Below are positions 9,323 through 18,489 of a DNA stretch of 64,000 nucleotides, piece by piece. Numbering within the stretch: position 1 is the first letter of the stretch; each line of letters opens with the position of its first letter. The stretch comes from an uncultured Gammaproteobacteria bacterium (GTDB lineage: Bacteria > Pseudomonadota > Gammaproteobacteria > UBA9214): NCBI GenBank assembly GCA_963748215.1, contig CAVVHS010000003.1, positions 96,001 through 160,000 of the forward strand, read 5' to 3'. The position numbers and the translations under genes are program-made. The notes below the pieces were generated by a model that worked only from the letters and a program-made list of their open reading frames with translations, was not told the DNA's origin and did no database searches.

Positions 9323-9997
9323 TCAGTTCGCCTGGTCGCTTGCTATGGTCTGTTCCAGTAGCAGAATCATCGTTGCCAGCAGCGGCCGGGGGTCGCTGAT
9401 TGCGCGGCCATCCTCCTTGAGTTCGATGCACCAGTCGCGCCCGAGCGCCTTCATGGCACTCCTAAGCAGCTTTCCAAACAGGCCCTGGGGTGGCTCTTTG
9501 TGTTCCTGTTCCGGTCGCGGGTGACGCTCGATGTTGCCGATGATGCGATCCCCGTCAACGATCGCGTATGCGGTGCAGCAACCCTCGAGAACGTCCTGCA
9601 TGAACTTGTCGAGTTTTCCCTGCGGATCGACGATTCGATAGAGTTCCTGATCGTTGGGTGTGCTGACTTTCATCCCGTGCGACGTGAACAGCCCGATCGT
9701 GGCCAGCCGCGCGCCGCTTGTGCCCTCGGAAACGTAGTGTGTCAGGTTCAGGATTTTGCGCTTAGGTTCGAGGCGAAAAAGCACCTGGTCATCGCCACGA
9801 GAGCGGTGGAACGTCGTTGTACCTCCGAGGCAGCTGCCGACGACATGACAGGCAAAGAGCGGCTGGTTCCCGGCATCGTTGATCGTGTACCAGCTGTTTG
9901 CGCCTTTGAGTGCGGAGATACTCTCGACTTCGGTCTTGTCGAACCGATAAAAGTTCTCGGGCATAGGTGTCGACTCTCTTGGTTGCGTCGATGTCAT
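9323..9997 (-). CDS. Hypothetical protein (possibly LURP-one/scramblase-like fold)
   Basis: 224-aa ORF in an apparent operon with 8558-9322. The fold guess is weak. Confidence 0.6.
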   Translation of the reverse strand: MTSTQPRESTPMPENFYRFDKTEVESISALKGANSWYTINDAGNQPLFACHVVGSCLGGTTTFHRSRGDDQVLFRLEPKRKILNLTHYVSEGTSGARLATIGLFTSHGMKVSTPNDQELYRIVDPQGKLDKFMQDVLEGCCTAYAIVDGDRIIGNIERHPRPEQEHKEPPQGLFGKLLRSAMKALGRDWCIELKEDGRAISDPRPLLATMILLLEQTIASDQAN

Positions 9998-10014
9998 CGT
10001 TTTTAGAAATATAT

Positions 10015-10043
10015 GGTGTCAGAGCACATTTTTCTCTAATATT
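10015..10043. repeat. Family B half copy
   Basis: ggtgtcagagcacatttttctctaatatt. Confidence 0.6.
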
Positions 10044-10148
10044 CGAGCCTGTCCTTGGAAAGTGGTCGTCCCTTGGGTTGTGCCTCGATCTGTTGTTTCA
10101 GCATGCATTCGATACAGTCTAAATGGATGCGCCTGATAGCCGATAGCG

Positions 10149-11045
10149 ATGTTGATCATGAAGACCCTTCTCAGCTTTCTATCACTCATCTTTTTCACAG
10201 GGCCCGGAAGCGCTGCGGATACCACTGTGCAGCTGGCAGGACTGGAGGCCAGCACAACCTCGCAGGTTGTCACGGCACCTCGCTGGAGCGCGCTGAACCC
10301 GAATAAACTGAAGCTCAAGTCGGCCGCGGTGCTGGTGCTGGATCAGAATGGCGAAGAAGTCTATTCCAGGCATGTGAGTGACCCTCGCCCCATCGCCTCG
10401 ATTACCAAGCTGATGACGGCGATGGTTATCCTGGACAGCGACCTCGATTTACAGGAAAAGATTACCATCACCAAAGATGACCGGGATCTGATTCAGCTGA
10501 CCGGTTCGCGGCTGAAGTATGGCGCATTACTGACACGCAAACAGATGTTGAAACTGGCACTGATGTCATCTGAAAACCGGGCAGCCAATGCACTTGCCCG
10601 CACATGGCCTGAGGGTAAAGCGGCATTTGTCGAAGCCATGAACAAAAAGGCTGATGCGCTTGGTATGCAGACCAGTCATTTTAAAGATCCGGCTGGGCTT
10701 GATCCCGGTAATGTTGCCTCCGCTCGTGACACAGCCAGAATGGTGCGCGCTGCCATGTCCTACCCGCTAATTCGTAATGCCACCACTACCCGCTCAGCCA
10801 CAGTCAGGCCATACAAGGGTCGCGGTGAACTCATGTTCAATAACACCAACCGCCTGCTGAGGAACAAGACCTGGGACATCCAGCTCAGCAAGACAGGTTA
10901 CATCAACGAGTCCGGGCGCAGCCTCGTGATGCAGGCTGAGATTGACGACCAGCCACTCACCATTGTGCTGCTCAACTCCTTTGGCAAGCTGACACCCTTC
11001 GGCGACTCCAACCGAATTCGGAAGTGGATTGAGAGCGGTAGATAA
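10149..11045 (+). CDS. pbpG: D-alanyl-D-alanine endopeptidase (PBP7, peptidase S11)
   Basis: IASITKLM (SxxK), SEN, KTG motifs and a signal peptide. Confidence 0.9.
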   Translation: MLIMKTLLSFLSLIFFTGPGSAADTTVQLAGLEASTTSQVVTAPRWSALNPNKLKLKSAAVLVLDQNGEEVYSRHVSDPRPIASITKLMTAMVILDSDLDLQEKITITKDDRDLIQLTGSRLKYGALLTRKQMLKLALMSSENRAANALARTWPEGKAAFVEAMNKKADALGMQTSHFKDPAGLDPGNVASARDTARMVRAAMSYPLIRNATTTRSATVRPYKGRGELMFNNTNRLLRNKTWDIQLSKTGYINESGRSLVMQAEIDDQPLTIVLLNSFGKLTPFGDSNRIRKWIESGR

Positions 11046-11051
11046 AAACAA

Positions 11052-11121
11052 AATCAAATGGGTCAGACTCGATTGATTCGTCAATATTGCGTCTAATCAA
11101 AGGAGTCTGACCCCTTTGATT
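11052..11121. repeat. REP family A doublet
   Basis: aatcaaatgggtcagactcgattgatt-cgtcaatattgcgtct-aatcaaaggagtctgacccctttgatt. Confidence 0.9.
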
Positions 11122-11135
11122 CATTGGGTGGGCTT

Positions 11136-11672
11136 ATGGCATTAAAGCCAAGAATATATAAATTAAGAATCGCGCTTTCTGATGTCGACCGGGATTATTA
11201 TGACACACTGAATTTAACGATTGCCCAACACCCATCTGAAACACTTGAACGAATGATGGTGCGTGTTCTGGCATTTTGTATCAATGCACAGGAACAACTG
11301 GTGTTTACAAAAGGACTTTGCGCCGTGGACGAACCCGACATATGGGTTCGCACACTGGACGGTCAACTTGCATTATGGGTCGATGTAGGGGAGCCGGCTG
11401 TTGATAGGATAAAAAAGGCAACACGACTTTCTCCGGCAGTTAAGGTTTATAGCTTTAATTCCAAATCGGATGTTTGGTGGGATCAGGGGCGAGCAAAGCT
11501 CAATGAGCTGACTGTGTCAATCTTTCAGTTTCAGTGGGAAAGCATTCAGGCATTGGCGGCGCTGGCGCAGCGTACGATGGATCTTTCCATCACTATTGCA
11601 GATGATTCTGCCTATGTTGCCACTGAATCAGGAGAATGTGAGGTGTCCTGGGTGCCATTGCAAGTTGCATGA
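11136..11672 (+). CDS. yaeQ: YaeQ family protein
   Basis: MALKPRIYK...AQHPSETLERMMVRVLAF...FTKGL..DEPDIW. Confidence 0.9.
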   Translation: MALKPRIYKLRIALSDVDRDYYDTLNLTIAQHPSETLERMMVRVLAFCINAQEQLVFTKGLCAVDEPDIWVRTLDGQLALWVDVGEPAVDRIKKATRLSPAVKVYSFNSKSDVWWDQGRAKLNELTVSIFQFQWESIQALAALAQRTMDLSITIADDSAYVATESGECEVSWVPLQVA

Positions 11673-11685
11673 TTGAATATCTATT

Positions 11686-11754
11686 GATCTATGGGGTCAG
11701 CCTCCTTTGATTAGACGCGACTTTGACGAATCAATCGAGTCTGACCCCATTGAT
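11686..11754. repeat. REP family A doublet, opposite orientation to the 11052 copy
   Basis: ggggtcagcctcctttgatt-agacgcgactttgacg-aatcaatcgagtctgaccccattgat. Confidence 0.9.
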
Positions 11755-11766
11755 CCGTTGATCCGG

Positions 11767-12078
11767 TTAATCGGGTGGTTCGGTCTCGGGATTTTGCGGT
11801 TCCGAGTGCATAGGTTCCGGTTGTATATGTATCACGGTCGGTGGAGGACGCCAGTAATAGGGACCGCCCCAGTAGGGATTGTAAGGACGGTGCCGGTAGT
11901 ACCGCCAGTCATCATCATCGTCATCGAACATCTCGTCGTACCACCAGGAGGGATTCATCAGATCCCAAATGTCATCATCATCATCATAATAATAACCCCG
12001 TGCCTGGGCGGTTTGGGTCGGTACTGCCCCCCCAAGGAACGCTGCGACAGCAAAAATAACCACGGTTCTCTTAAGCAT
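11767..12078 (-). CDS. Secreted Asp/Tyr/Trp/Pro-rich protein, sulfur globule protein-like
   Basis: Signal peptide ending AQA, then YYYDDDDDIWDLMNPSWW and PYNPYWGGPYYW low-complexity sequence. Confidence 0.6.
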   Translation of the reverse strand: MLKRTVVIFAVAAFLGGAVPTQTAQARGYYYDDDDDIWDLMNPSWWYDEMFDDDDDDWRYYRHRPYNPYWGGPYYWRPPPTVIHIQPEPMHSEPQNPETEPPD

Positions 12079-12196
12079 CTCGATATCTCACAACGGCAGG
12101 TTTTAAATAAGAATATAGTATTTTTGATTCCACCCAAAGCCGAATTGAGCGGGTGAAAAAATCCTAACCAAATCAATTGAGTCGAAATAATAAAAG

Positions 12197-12248
12197 GGTG
12201 TCGGAGCACATATTTCCCTTATTTAAGCGAAAAATATGCTCTGACACC
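12197..12248. repeat. Family B doublet
   Basis: ggtgtcggagcacat...atatgctctgacacc. Confidence 0.7.
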
Positions 12249-12379
12249 GTTCTACTTCGTCCTTTTAAATTATCACGCAAAGATAACATTTTCGCCGGAC
12301 CGTGAACTTTGCCGGTTGAAAAGGCTCTTTCCTGTCAGATGCACACCCAACTTGTCTTGTCATCCAGGAGAACAACACG

Positions 12380-13288
12380 ATGTTATCGAACAGAATCTTC
12401 GCGCTGCTGGTCGGCCTGCTGTCTCTACTGACGGTGACGCTTGCCGCGATGCCGGACCATGACGGTGAGCTGGCCAGTCGGCATGTCAAAACTATCGTAC
12501 TGGGTTCCGGTTGCTTCTGGGGTGCCGAAAAAGGCTACGAGGCCCTGCCCGGCGTGATCGACGCGGTATCCGGCTATGCCGATGGCCGCAACATAAAGCC
12601 CGTCTACAGGGAAATCACACGGTCCAAGTACCGGCACGACCCCGACAATTACGCCGAGGTGGTCGAGGTGCGCTACAACTCTGAAGTAATCAGTACCGGG
12701 GCGCTGTTGCGGCATTTCTTCGAGCACCACGACCCGACGCAGAAAAACCGGCAGGGCAATGACGTCGGCACCCAGTACCGGTCTATTGTTCTCTACACGG
12801 ACGATGAACAACGCGAAGTGGCGCAGCATACCCGGGACCAGTACCAGGCGTTGTTAACAGCCGCGGGATACGGCGCTATCGTTACAGAGATCAAGCCGCT
12901 GCAGGAATTTCACCGGGCCGAGGACAATCACCAGGATTATCTCGCGAAGAATCCCAACGGCTATTGCCCGAACCATGCGACGGGCGTGACCTTCGAAAAA
13001 GTCGTATTGATCCCGACCGACAACAGCGCATTGCTTGAAGGCAGGCAGATCCTGGTGCTGGAAGCCGAGCACTGTCCCTTGTGTGAAAGGTTCAAGCGGG
13101 ATGTAAGCAGCCAGTATCGGGGCAGCATCCCCATGACCTATCGCATGGCCTCGCAGCTGGATGGCCTCACACTTAAAACGCCAACCTGGGCCACACCCAC
13201 CATCTATTTCCTTGAGGATGGCAAGGAGGTGTTCGGTCACCAGGGTTACATGACTGCCACGGAATTCTACCAGGCGCTCAATCAATAG
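12380..13288 (+). CDS. msrA: Periplasmic methionine sulfoxide reductase MsrA fused to a thioredoxin-like domain, probably C-terminally truncated
   Basis: GCFWG, HDPTQ.NRQGNDVGTQYRS, AEDNHQDYL and a CPLC domain. The stop codon lies inside the REP arm. Confidence 0.85.
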   Translation: MLSNRIFALLVGLLSLLTVTLAAMPDHDGELASRHVKTIVLGSGCFWGAEKGYEALPGVIDAVSGYADGRNIKPVYREITRSKYRHDPDNYAEVVEVRYNSEVISTGALLRHFFEHHDPTQKNRQGNDVGTQYRSIVLYTDDEQREVAQHTRDQYQALLTAAGYGAIVTEIKPLQEFHRAEDNHQDYLAKNPNGYCPNHATGVTFEKVVLIPTDNSALLEGRQILVLEAEHCPLCERFKRDVSSQYRGSIPMTYRMASQLDGLTLKTPTWATPTIYFLEDGKEVFGHQGYMTATEFYQALNQ

Positions 13289-14132
13289 GGTCAGACTCGA
13301 TTGATTCGTCAAATAGACAGCGTCTGACTGTTTCTCCTCTCCTGATGCGCTAGCGTCCTTGCTGTAGCCTGCCGGTTTGCGGGCACAGGAGGTGCGTTGT
13401 GGCGCGTCAACCACGTTTTGTTCTGCCGGGACATCCCCAGCATGTGATTCAGCGCGGAAACAACCGCCATGTCATTTTTGCCGATGAGGCAGACTACCGG
13501 TTTTATCTGGACACGCTGAAAGATGCGTGCGAGCGGTTTGCCTGTTATGTCCATGCTTATGTTCTGATGACTAACCATGTGCACTTGCTGATGACGCCTG
13601 ATTGTGAGGCGGGGATCAGCAAGGTCATGCAGTCACTCGGTCGCAGGTATGTACAGTATTTCAATTACCGCTATCGCCGTACCGGCACATTATGGGAAGG
13701 CCGCTACAAGGCAGCATTGCTGGACACGGAGCCGTATCTGCTGACCTGTTACCGCTATATCGAGCTAAACCCGGTGCGTGCCGGCATGGTCGTCCGGCCA
13801 GATGCGTATCGCTGGTCCAGCTATCGCTGCAATGCACTGGGTGAGCCGAACGTGCTGGTTACCCCGCATTATCTCTACCTGCAACTGGCCGAATCGGCGG
13901 AGCAGCGTTATCGAGCTTACCGCGTGCTGTTCAGGACTGTGTTGGAGGAGGTTGCTGTCGATGCCATTCGGGAGGCAACCAACAAGGCGTGGGTGTTGGG
14001 CGATGACCGGTTCAGGCTGGAAATCGAAGACCTGCTCATGCGTCAGACGGCGCCGAAATTGCGAGGTGGGGACAGAAAATCCGCGAGATTCCAGGAACGA
14101 CGAAAAATCAATCGAGTCTGACCCCATTGATT
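13280..14132 (+). mobile_element. Y1-HUH transposase locus bracketed by inverted family A REP arms
   Basis: Left arm 13280-13306 aatcaatagggtcagactcgattgatt, right arm 14106-14132 aatcaatcgagtctgaccccattgatt. Confidence 0.85.
13399..14121 (+). CDS. REP-associated tyrosine transposase-like protein (RAYT, Y1_Tnp HUH family)
   Basis: HVIQRGNNR, AYVLMTNHVHLL (HUH), GTLWEGRY, RYIELNPVRAG, YRWSSY. RBS aggagg before a GTG start. Confidence 0.92.
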   Translation: MARQPRFVLPGHPQHVIQRGNNRHVIFADEADYRFYLDTLKDACERFACYVHAYVLMTNHVHLLMTPDCEAGISKVMQSLGRRYVQYFNYRYRRTGTLWEGRYKAALLDTEPYLLTCYRYIELNPVRAGMVVRPDAYRWSSYRCNALGEPNVLVTPHYLYLQLAESAEQRYRAYRVLFRTVLEEVAVDAIREATNKAWVLGDDRFRLEIEDLLMRQTAPKLRGGDRKSARFQERRKINRV

Positions 14133-15072
14133 AGAATCGACAACAGGTCTCGCCCCCCTTTTCAATCCAGCCATGAATCATTTTCTTCGTGGTGAATCCG
14201 CTGGAGCAATTGCCGTCTTTATCGATGACAATGACACCGCCGCGCCCTTTTACCTTGCGCACCAGATATTCGATGCCGGCATCCGTTGCCTGTTTTGCAT
14301 CCATGCCTTTCATGAAAATGAAATCAGAGATGGTTTTTGCAATGACGGAGCGCATGAAATCTTCGCCGAAACCGGTAGCGGAAACGGCACAGGTCTCATT
14401 GTCAGCATAAACACCGGCTCCAATGATCGGTGAATCACCCACGCGACCCATACGCTTGTTAACGATGCCGCCGGTTGAAGTTGCGGCAGCCATGTTGCCT
14501 TCCGGATCACGGGCGATTGCCCCGATGGTTCCATATTTCTGGTCTTCCGAGTCTTCCTCGGTATCATCATGGTCGAGCATGACCTTGTGTTTCAGGCGCG
14601 CCTGGCGAAGTTGTTCCACGCGTTCAGTTGTATAGAAATAGTTTTCGGGCACGCGCTCCATACCGCTATGGTCAGCAAAGCGCATCGCACCTTCGGAAAT
14701 AAGCATGACATGTTCGCTTTCTGTCATGACCAGGCGTGCGAGCTGGACAGGATTGGCAATATTATCGACTGCCGCGACGGCGCCGGCCGACAGGTCACGG
14801 CCATCCATGATGGCCGCGTCCATTTCTACCTTGCCGTTTTCATTCAACACAGAACCGCAACCGGCATTGAAAACCGGGTCGTCTTCCAGAAGTGATGCGC
14901 AGGCTTCTACCGCCTGCAGCGCCGAACCTCCCAGCTCCATGATGTCACGGCCATGTTCGAGGGTCCTGCGAATACTATCGAGGTAACGAAACGCGGTTTT
15001 ATCGTCTCTGACGTTATCAAGCGCGCCGGCACCACCATGTACCATCAGGGAGTAGGCGCCGGGGGTGTTCAT
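14131..15072 (-). CDS. iaaA: Isoaspartyl peptidase / plant-type L-asparaginase
   Basis: HGGAG, FNAG.G, EMDAAIMDG, G-TIGAIA (Thr nucleophile), STGG, GRVGDSPIIGAG. Confidence 0.92.
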   Translation of the reverse strand: MNTPGAYSLMVHGGAGALDNVRDDKTAFRYLDSIRRTLEHGRDIMELGGSALQAVEACASLLEDDPVFNAGCGSVLNENGKVEMDAAIMDGRDLSAGAVAAVDNIANPVQLARLVMTESEHVMLISEGAMRFADHSGMERVPENYFYTTERVEQLRQARLKHKVMLDHDDTEEDSEDQKYGTIGAIARDPEGNMAAATSTGGIVNKRMGRVGDSPIIGAGVYADNETCAVSATGFGEDFMRSVIAKTISDFIFMKGMDAKQATDAGIEYLVRKVKGRGGVIVIDKDGNCSSGFTTKKMIHGWIEKGGETCCRF

Positions 15073-15147
15073 GGGATGAGCAGGTTGTTATTTATCACCC
15101 GTACATTGTCACACATCGGTATACAGAATTCCCGAAAAAGAAGATCT

Positions 15148-16263
15148 CTATAACCGGGACTGAATCTCTTTCATGAGTGCTTCCTGGTATTCTGGAGAGC
15201 CGGCCAGCAACAGCACGAGCTTACCCTTAAATATGGTTCCCCAATTGACAATGACAAGTCCTTCTCCTGTTTTCATGTCGAACTCGAGGTCGCTGATATC
15301 CAGTTCGGACAGCTTCCGGTACCGGGTCTTGAAGGTCAGTGCACTCCATTCCGGAATATCCAGTTTCTGTGCTATCAGGCTCGGATAGGACGCACCATTA
15401 AACCTCGGATTGCACTCGATCGCTGGAAAACGGATACCATCAGGCGTTTTTACTACCGCGAGATCAAAAGCAAAGATACCTTTCATGCCCCGCTCCTTGA
15501 GCCAGAGGGCCATCGGTTCGACGGCCTCCCATGGCTCATGGTGGGACGGGAAACGGTTGCCCTGGTGGGCGCATCCCTCAAGAATTTGCTCGCTCGCGGC
15601 CAGTCGTAAAAGCCGGTCGCCAATAATTCGATACTGCATGTTGAGGAATACATCAGTTCTGATTTCTTCCTGCAGCTGAACCGGCACATCGCTGGAAAAT
15701 TCTTTCATCGCATTGCGCAGTTCTTCACGGTTGGCGCAGCGATAGATGCCGACACCGGAAACTGAAATCGCTGCCTTCAGATAACAGGGCATATTGAATG
15801 AGATGATGTCCATCTCGCTTATTTCACCAACACTGTCAAAACATTGCGTCTGTGGCACGTCGATACCCAGTTCTTCCGCAAGCGCCATGAAATTGTTTTT
15901 CGAGTTAATGAATTCGACGGTTTCCAGCCATTCCCGGTCATTCCAGGCCTTGCATTCCGCCGGCCCGAAATAAAATACGGAGGGCTTGTAACCCTTGTGT
16001 CGGGCCAACTCCTCCAGGCTCAGGTTCCAGATCACGTTTTCACTGTGGCTCAGTCCGATACGGCGATAATGACTCGCAATGTCTTTCCAGAGAGGTTTGA
16101 GCACGGGGTGCAGCTGTATGAAATCCTCAGGCTCGCTAAGCCCGAGTGCACGACCGGAATAAAGATCGTTTCCGACAACGCCATCCGCCGTGCAGTGCAT
16201 GATGTCATGATTTACGACGTAGCGGCCTGCTGGCAGTAATCCGTGGCTGAGATTGGTAGTCAT
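15148..16263 (-). CDS. ATP-grasp domain protein of unknown product
   Basis: NSKNNF, YLK...SGVG, QEE, FAFD, IECNPRFNG. Confidence 0.8.
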   Translation of the reverse strand: MTTNLSHGLLPAGRYVVNHDIMHCTADGVVGNDLYSGRALGLSEPEDFIQLHPVLKPLWKDIASHYRRIGLSHSENVIWNLSLEELARHKGYKPSVFYFGPAECKAWNDREWLETVEFINSKNNFMALAEELGIDVPQTQCFDSVGEISEMDIISFNMPCYLKAAISVSGVGIYRCANREELRNAMKEFSSDVPVQLQEEIRTDVFLNMQYRIIGDRLLRLAASEQILEGCAHQGNRFPSHHEPWEAVEPMALWLKERGMKGIFAFDLAVVKTPDGIRFPAIECNPRFNGASYPSLIAQKLDIPEWSALTFKTRYRKLSELDISDLEFDMKTGEGLVIVNWGTIFKGKLVLLLAGSPEYQEALMKEIQSRL

Positions 16264-16300
16264 GGCACTTCCTGATAATTATCCCTGGTACTGGGGGATA

Positions 16301-16383
16301 AGCAGGATTGATGCCAATTACCAGGCTATATAAATCAATAACTAATAAATTCACTGGAACGAAAAATGCCTGTTTCTGGTGCA
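16301..16383 (-). promoter_or_regulatory. Putative sigma54 promoter with IHF-like and NtrC-like sites
   Basis: Minus strand TTGGCATCAATCCTGCT (GG-N10-GC, 16301-16317). AT-rich aatcaataacta near 16333. tgcctgtttcTGGTGCA at 16367-16383. Confidence 0.55.
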
Positions 16384-16427
16384 TTGCTACTTTTTTTGAA
16401 CCATTCTGGTGTTCGATGGAAATAAAC

Positions 16428-16479
16428 GGGGTCAGAGCAAAATCTTTTCCTATTATTAGTATGTGTGTGCTCTGACCCC
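16428..16479. repeat. Family B doublet
   Basis: ggggtcagagca...tgctctgacccc. Confidence 0.85.
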
Positions 16480-16509
16480 AATACTGTCAAAGATTGCGAG
16501 GTTTGGAAT

Positions 16510-17694
16510 ATGCCGGACATGCTATTGCTGGGTACGCGCAAGGGTACGGTGATCGTTGATCGTGCCGGGGGTGTCTGGCGTCCCCGACCCATTGCGCATA
16601 AAGGTATCCCGGTCTGTTACGCGGCACGTGACCCGCGTGACGGAATATTGTGGTCGTCACTGGACCATGGCCACTGGGGTCCCAAGCTGTCACGTTCGCG
16701 AGACGGTGGCGCCACCTGGGAGGACGTAGCGCCGGTCAAGTATCCGGCAGGTGCGCGCTACATCAAAAAGTACCTGCCGACCCCGGATTTCGACCCGGAA
16801 GCGCCGGCGGGTGCACCCGAGTACGGTGACGCAACGGTCTACAAGATCTGGCACATTGCCTTTGGCGGCCCGCAGCAGCCGGGCCGGCTGTACGCCGGCA
16901 CAATCCCGGGTGGGCTTTTTGTCGGCGATGATGGCGGTGACAGCTGGGATCTCAACCGGCCACTGTGGAACCACGATAGCCGCGGCGGTGACCTCTTTGC
17001 GGGCGATGCCACCAGCGAAAACCGCTGGCACGGTACGCCGGCGAGTATTGATTACGGCGTGTTCGAACCCGGTATTCACTCGATCATCGTCGACCCGCGC
17101 GATCCCGATCATCTCCATGTCGCGGTATCAACCGCCGGTGTGATCGAGACCACCGACGGTGGCAAGACCTGGGCGGGCCGTAACCAGGGTATGACAAATG
17201 ACTACATGCCGGACCCGGCGTCGGAGTGGGGCCACGATCCGCATTTTGTGACCGCTTGTTCCGGGCAGCCTGATCATCTCTGGCAGCAAAATCATTGCGG
17301 TGTCTTTTACAGTGATGACGGTGCCCGGCACTGGAAAAAGGTCAGCCAGCCGGAGGCCGATGTGCATTTCGGTTTCCCGATCGCGGTCGATGCACAGGAC
17401 GGCCGAAGGGCCTGGGTTGTGCCCGCCCGCGCGGATTCCGAGCGCATGGCGATTGACGGCGGCCTGTTTGTCGCGCAGACAACCGACGGCGGGCAGTCAT
17501 GGCGGGCTTTTCGTAACGGGTTGCCGCAGGACAACGCCTACGACATCGTCCTGCGACATGGTCTCGATGCATCGGGTGACTGCCTCTGTTTCGGCAGTAC
17601 GACCGGTAACGTCTACCTGTCGGAAGACCGCGGCGAATCCTGGCGATGCCTGGGTAACAACTTCCCGCCGGTGTATTCGGTGCGATTTGGCTGA
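16510..17694 (+). CDS. BNR/Asp-box beta-propeller (sialidase-like) protein
   Basis: Repeated S/TxDGGxxW boxes, LLLGTRKG, LWQQNHCG, FGSTTG. Confidence 0.85.
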   Translation: MPDMLLLGTRKGTVIVDRAGGVWRPRPIAHKGIPVCYAARDPRDGILWSSLDHGHWGPKLSRSRDGGATWEDVAPVKYPAGARYIKKYLPTPDFDPEAPAGAPEYGDATVYKIWHIAFGGPQQPGRLYAGTIPGGLFVGDDGGDSWDLNRPLWNHDSRGGDLFAGDATSENRWHGTPASIDYGVFEPGIHSIIVDPRDPDHLHVAVSTAGVIETTDGGKTWAGRNQGMTNDYMPDPASEWGHDPHFVTACSGQPDHLWQQNHCGVFYSDDGARHWKKVSQPEADVHFGFPIAVDAQDGRRAWVVPARADSERMAIDGGLFVAQTTDGGQSWRAFRNGLPQDNAYDIVLRHGLDASGDCLCFGSTTGNVYLSEDRGESWRCLGNNFPPVYSVRFG

Positions 17695-17699
17695 GCGCC

Positions 17700-17978
17700 A
17701 TGCCGACGGTTGAAATGACACGGCATCTGTACCGGTTCTTCCCGGCGCTCGAGAGCCGGGTGATCAGGGTGAATGCGGGTTCGGTTGCGGAAGTCTTGTG
17801 TGCGGTCAACGAACTGGCCCCGGGATTTACCGATTACGTGCTCGACGAGCATGGCGCGCTGCGAAGGCATGTGAATCTGAGTATCAATGACAGGATACTG
17901 ATTGACAGGAAGACGCTCTCTGACCGTGTTCCGGACGACGGGACGGTCTATATCTTCCAGGCATTGAGCGGAGGCTGA
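17700..17978 (+). CDS. MoaD/ThiS family ubiquitin-like protein
   Basis: 92 aa ending ALSGG, 5 nt downstream of the propeller gene. Confidence 0.9.
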   Translation: MPTVEMTRHLYRFFPALESRVIRVNAGSVAEVLCAVNELAPGFTDYVLDEHGALRRHVNLSINDRILIDRKTLSDRVPDDGTVYIFQALSGG

Positions 17979-18008
17979 ATGAGACAAAAGGTGCTCTGAA
18001 GCCAACTG

Positions 18009-18314
18009 CTATTTGAGTCGTTTCGCAAGTTTTACAACCAGCGCCATCCCTGTAACCAGATAAACCATGGCAATAATCCTGATCGCCAGCGTTGTCTCGG
18101 AAACATGAGTGTGTGCGTTTGCCAGCAGCATGATCAGTAATGCACAAATGAACGTCACCAGGCCCCATGCCAGCCAGATAAATACCGGACGCGCACTGCG
18201 CCAGCACTTCTCTGCCATTGCGTCCTTGAGTATTGAGGCAAGACAAAGGGCTGATATCAGCACGAACACGCCTTTTGCCAGAAGCGTCAGAATATTGATT
18301 TCGATATTTGCCAT
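18009..18314 (-). CDS. Small membrane protein
   Basis: Three hydrophobic segments. Flanked by family B arms (near 17992 and 18349). Confidence 0.55.
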   Translation of the reverse strand: MANIEINILTLLAKGVFVLISALCLASILKDAMAEKCWRSARPVFIWLAWGLVTFICALLIMLLANAHTHVSETTLAIRIIAMVYLVTGMALVVKLAKRLK

Positions 18315-18348
18315 GCTTATTCGTTCTATATCATGTTTGCGATAAATG

Positions 18349-18484
18349 GGTGTCAGAACACATTGTCCCTTCCCATCGCTATTGCCGGCAGTCATCGTCC
18401 CGATGCCGCAATGGTGATCGCCGGGAAGGGCCGAATATGGGGGAAATGACTGATTCTGTATCAGGAAAAATGTACTCTGACACC
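18349..18484. repeat. Family B arms separated by about 90 bp
   Basis: ggtgtcagaacacatt ... aatgtactctgacacc. Confidence 0.6.
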
Positions 18485-18489
18485 GTTTT

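Noticed and set aside
13280-13292. Family A arms as IHF sites (WATCAA)
   Set aside because: The required TTR element four bases downstream is absent.
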